A stretch of 64,000 bases of DNA from Eledone cirrhosa (taxonomy: Eukaryota): assembly GCA_964016885.1 (NCBI GenBank), contig OZ024743.1:27280001-27344000 (forward strand), in the 5' to 3' direction. Position 1 is the first letter of the stretch; each line of letters begins with the position of its first letter. This document shows, in pieces, positions 59,195 through 64,000 of the stretch. The notes under the pieces were generated by a model. The model was not told the DNA's origin. It was given only the letters and a program-made list of their open reading frames with translations, and did no database searches. Position numbers and translations under genes: made by a program.

Positions 59195-61896
59195 AATTAT
59201 ATATATATGTAAATATATATCTATCTATATCTATACATATATATATAGAGAGCGAGAGAGAGGGGGCGGTAGAGAGAGTGAGAGCGTGTGTGTGTGAGAG
59301 AGAGAGAGAGACAGGGGGTGAGAGAGAGAGATGTACGTTGGTAGATCAATAGGTACACCTGTAGCTGGATGAATATTTAGAGACAAGCTTTTAAACATAT
59401 TTCTATCCTCTGGAGAGATATTTATAACCGGGTGAAACTTAAGTTGGTGGTGATGGTGGCAGACCTCCCGGTGATAGTAATAGTGGCAGTGCTGGTTTTA
59501 GTGGTGTTGCTGTTAGTGATGGGGAACATGGTGGCTTGGAGCAGCTAAGTAGTTTAACTCCCAAGAGGAACTATGAATTAGTAATCAGACGAGGAAATTG
59601 AACATTTGGTAATATTTTTAGCGTTTTAACATTTTTGGTGAAAACCCAGAAGTATAACGTTTAGAATAATCAATTGAGCGAAACATCTCAAATCATAATG
59701 TATTTATTTATTCTTGCGTTTTGAATGAACACCTTACAATTGAGGTTAAATGTTGGTACCAAAACCCCAGACCATTCTGTCGTGAACGTTCCAATCCAAA
59801 ATATCTGTTTTATCTCACAGCAAGCCACCATACAAGTCTTTTGTGATTACTTTACTACCTATTTTCTATATTTTCAGACTATATGGAATAGGCCGAATTT
59901 GATACAGTATACCGGCCCATGGACTATGATTTCAAATCAGTAAAAAGGGGAATCGCTTGATAAGGGTTATCCCAGGAGAAGTATACCAGACAATAGATTC
60001 TATATTACAGTTACATCTGTGTGAAATTTTCGAGTGTTTGTTGGATTGATTTCAGGAAAGTCTGCTATAAATCTCACACCTGAATAAGTATCAAGTATAT
60101 TTGCATGGCACATCCAGAAGAAAATACCTGACAAATGTTTCGTTAACTAAGAATGCTGAATTCTAATAGTTTCCATCAAACACAAATAAATAATGAAAAG
60201 CTTTAGTAAATCAGAGTATTAAGAAGAGAAAGGAATCTTTTGTCTTTCTTTTAATTTCATTTTATTTTTACTTAAACCTGCCATATCTAAGTAAACTGCA
60301 TTCCTTAACTGCTCGCATTTGCGGAGTCAAATAAAATTTGTTGGTGACTTCTTTGTTTTTAGTCTGAGCACTGTAATATTCCTTGATCTAGCTGACTTGG
60401 GTATAATACACACCAGGACATACTGGGAAAGTATATAAGCAACATATACACAGTGTATGGCACTCATATGCTGAATGTCTTAAATATCAAAGTTGGCCCT
60501 TTGAGATTTATAAAAATATAAGTTTAACTGCACCATTTTTCAACTATGGTGTTGCGAATATTTGCCTATTACACAAATGAAATTATCAGATATTCTGGTT
60601 CCTGGTTACTAACGTATAACGAGCGCTCAGGTATTCCCTTGTTTGACGCATTTATATAAGAATCAATGCTACACTCTTTCAGTGCGCAACTTTCCTTACA
60701 TTTCTCTTATTACTTTTCTTATTAATGTACACTTGATTTTCATTTTGTGGTCAATTTTATTCTAAAGAACTCAAAGAAGTGCACTTCTGTATATCTAAAG
60801 GAATAATAGATATTCCCTGGCAGACTGTCCATCAATTTGCATAGCTTATTGATTGAATCCTTTCCAAATATGTATTGCAAGAGCCTAGCGTTAACTTTAG
60901 CCATATCGATCAACAGATCTTGTATTTTATGAATTTTGTCTGTTTGGCTTGGTGTTATTTGATTGTATTAAATATATTGATTAAATACTTAATTTCATTC
61001 TACTACATGATGCATAGGTTATTTTCCTATTTCTAGAGATATGTAGACTAACTGACCTAAGAAGTGACAATGAAAAAGTTCAGAAACATGAGTAAAAATA
61101 AAACACTAAAATCTAAGAGGATAACAGGATATGGAAAAGAAGAAAAGTAAATATACGTTGGAAAGACGTGTAAATCAAAATACCAACACGTTGTTTTCGT
61201 AGATTGAACATAGATCATGGCAAAACACAAGACAGACTATTGAACAAGTTGTATTATTTATAAATAAATGGTAAGAAGATAACGAAAGAGAAAAATATAT
61301 ATTTAAAAGCAGACAGTTATACAGTATATTAGACATTTAAAGTGTAAGCGGTGTAGTGAGTGTCGAACAGAGCAGCAAAGAAAGTATTAGAGAAAATGAA
61401 AGAATAGTGTGGCAAAATATCAAAGATTACTTCATATACATAACCATTTTATGACATGGTAAGCCATTCGTGCCAAGTGGTTAAGTGTCCCGGACGAACA
61501 AGTCTGCAGTCAAGTTTGCTTCTGAAAGGATATATAGTTGGCAAGCCAACCCGATAACGCGGTTTTCAGATATTTCTTTAACTACAACATTGCCAGACAT
61601 ATTACCTATTACAGACATTCTCAAAGTAAAAGCACATACATCTCAAAAGAAAACATATGAATGTCACCGTCTTGTGAACATTAAAATATACAATATTTTC
61701 AAACTATTATATATGTTATTTGAAAGCGTTATATATTATGATGCGATTTGTATAGGCAACATGTGCAAAACTTAGGTAACTGTAGATTATTAACTTGCCA
61801 TTAGGCACGCACACACAAACAAACACGTGTGCACGCACACACATTATACACACACAGATACACACATACACACATATATATATATATATGTATAAT

Positions 61897-61947
<51 letters not shown>

Positions 61948-61949
<2 letters not shown>

Positions 61950-62690
61950 CCAACCAACCACAGATTACACACATTGGACATCTCTCCCAAGAATCAACCA
62001 CATCACACAGAAATTACCCAGCATCCCACCACATTCTGTACGGAACTACCTTAGGGACCCACCCACGGACATACACTAAAAATAATTTTTTTTCCCACAC
62101 GTCACCTACATCCACAACACGTATAAACACCACACACACGTACGTACCACCACATATTTACACACTCAGCCTCCGGAACCCTCTCCCCCACCCTTATGAC
62201 CCCTTCCCGTCCACACACGCACACATACACACCGACCTACACCCCACCCGACACACCTTTTCCTGAACATGCAACCCCGTTCTTTCCCCCAATTCTTACT
62301 TTCGCATACACACACACACACGTACACCTACACACACACACCACCTTCAGCCCTCCCCGCTCAGACACCCCGCCTCCCTCTCCCCACCCCACCCGCCACC
62401 ACCCCTACACGCCCCAGACCCTTCTATCACTTGTTTTACTTCATGTTTATTTTTATTTTTATTATGCTTTTATATTTAATTTCATTTGTACCGTTTCCTC
62501 TCACCCTCTTTTTTCTATGTCTCTCCACCACTCCCCTACACACCCTTGGAATTCTCTTCCCACACTCTTTTCACCTGAAGAAGGGCTTATGCCCGAAACG
62601 TCGTTCCCCACCACCACCCCACTCTCAAGAGCGTGAAACTAATAAACCTTTGTTCGTACTGCCTCTCTGTTTTGTACCCGGTCAATTTTT

Positions 62691-62695
<5 letters not shown>
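61948..62695 (+). mobile_element. Longer copy of the 52.2-kb PLE-type 3' region with a minimal HHR (62573-62604)
   Basis: ac-CTGAAGA-a gggc ttat gccc-GAA-ACGT-C-gt; AATAAA at 62641; TA flanks. Confidence 0.82.
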
Positions 62696-63274
<579 letters not shown>

Positions 63275-64000
63275 AGAGTATTGAAGTTTGCTTGAAGCAT
63301 TGTGGAATAATAAATAAATATCTTTAAGTCGTTTGGAAACCTCGACAATGCAAATGGGTAAATCTCCGGGTAACAAGATCCGGTGGTGGAGAGAGATGGA
63401 GATGTAAGTGGGTGTACGTTGAGATGCGTGGTGTGTAAAGATGTATAAATGTGTAGAAGAAAGAAGGGAAGAGTGTAAAGGATAAAATTAAAATAACAAC
63501 ACAAGAGAGAGTTACCTTGGGAGAGATTTAATAGTCCCTATATATTTCGGATTCACATCCATCAACTGGGGTTTTTTTTCCGGGGTAAAGGTTGTCTGTC
63601 GGACAGGTGCGAAACGCGTCCTCCGCTCTTTGTTGTTTTGAATATCTGAGGTATTCGGCAGAGCGCGCGTGCGCGTGAAATGGGGTCGGTCGGGCTGAGG
63701 TCACCGGCCGAATGAGGGAGTGGGGTGGCGCTAGCTGCCAGTCCATTCTCTGCCTGTTTGTTAAATGTTACTGTGTGTGTATGTGCGTGTGTTGTTGTCT
63801 CGCTTGAGTGTGTGTGTGTGCGTGTGTAGTTGCCTTGTTCCTCTGTATTGGGAGTGTAGCATGTTCGTATGGTGGAATGCTACTGTGTGTGTGTGTGTAG
63901 TTGTCTCGTTTGTGTGTGCGTGTGTTGTGTGTTGCTACATCGTTTGTTAACTTAAACCAGCCATCTCATTTCGCTTCTCTCTAATCGGTTGTTTATTTGC

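Noticed and set aside
60250-61000. Unique-looking stretch that might be an old transposon ORF
   Set aside because: The frame I read has multiple stops and no identifiable motif, and the ORF track shows nothing here

Overview
This is AT-rich eukaryotic repeat DNA with no recognisable host exon. The huge interrupted (TA)n arrays and the tRNA-derived SINE family suggest a cephalopod, probably Octopus (inference). Nearly all long ORFs in the track are microsatellite artefacts (YI/IY, HT, SL). The real coding remnants are retroelement fragments: Penelope-like elements (PLEs, RT and/or GIY-YIG) at 6.3-8.3, 26.0-27.9 and 53.1-56.0 kb, and LINE pieces of CR1-like, CRE-like, Tx1/L1-like, RTE-like and R4/Dong-like type. 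The main hidden signal is about 20 type I hammerhead ribozyme (HHR) motifs from about 10 sequence families, read by eye with stems I-III. They include core variants (U3-A8 compensatory swap, U4A) and two with very long stem II. They lie in PLE terminal repeats, in short non-coding TA-flanked elements with asymmetric fold-back ends, and in a 420-bp tandem retrozyme-like unit that also carries an octamer motif. All structures were assigned manually; no folding or database search was run.
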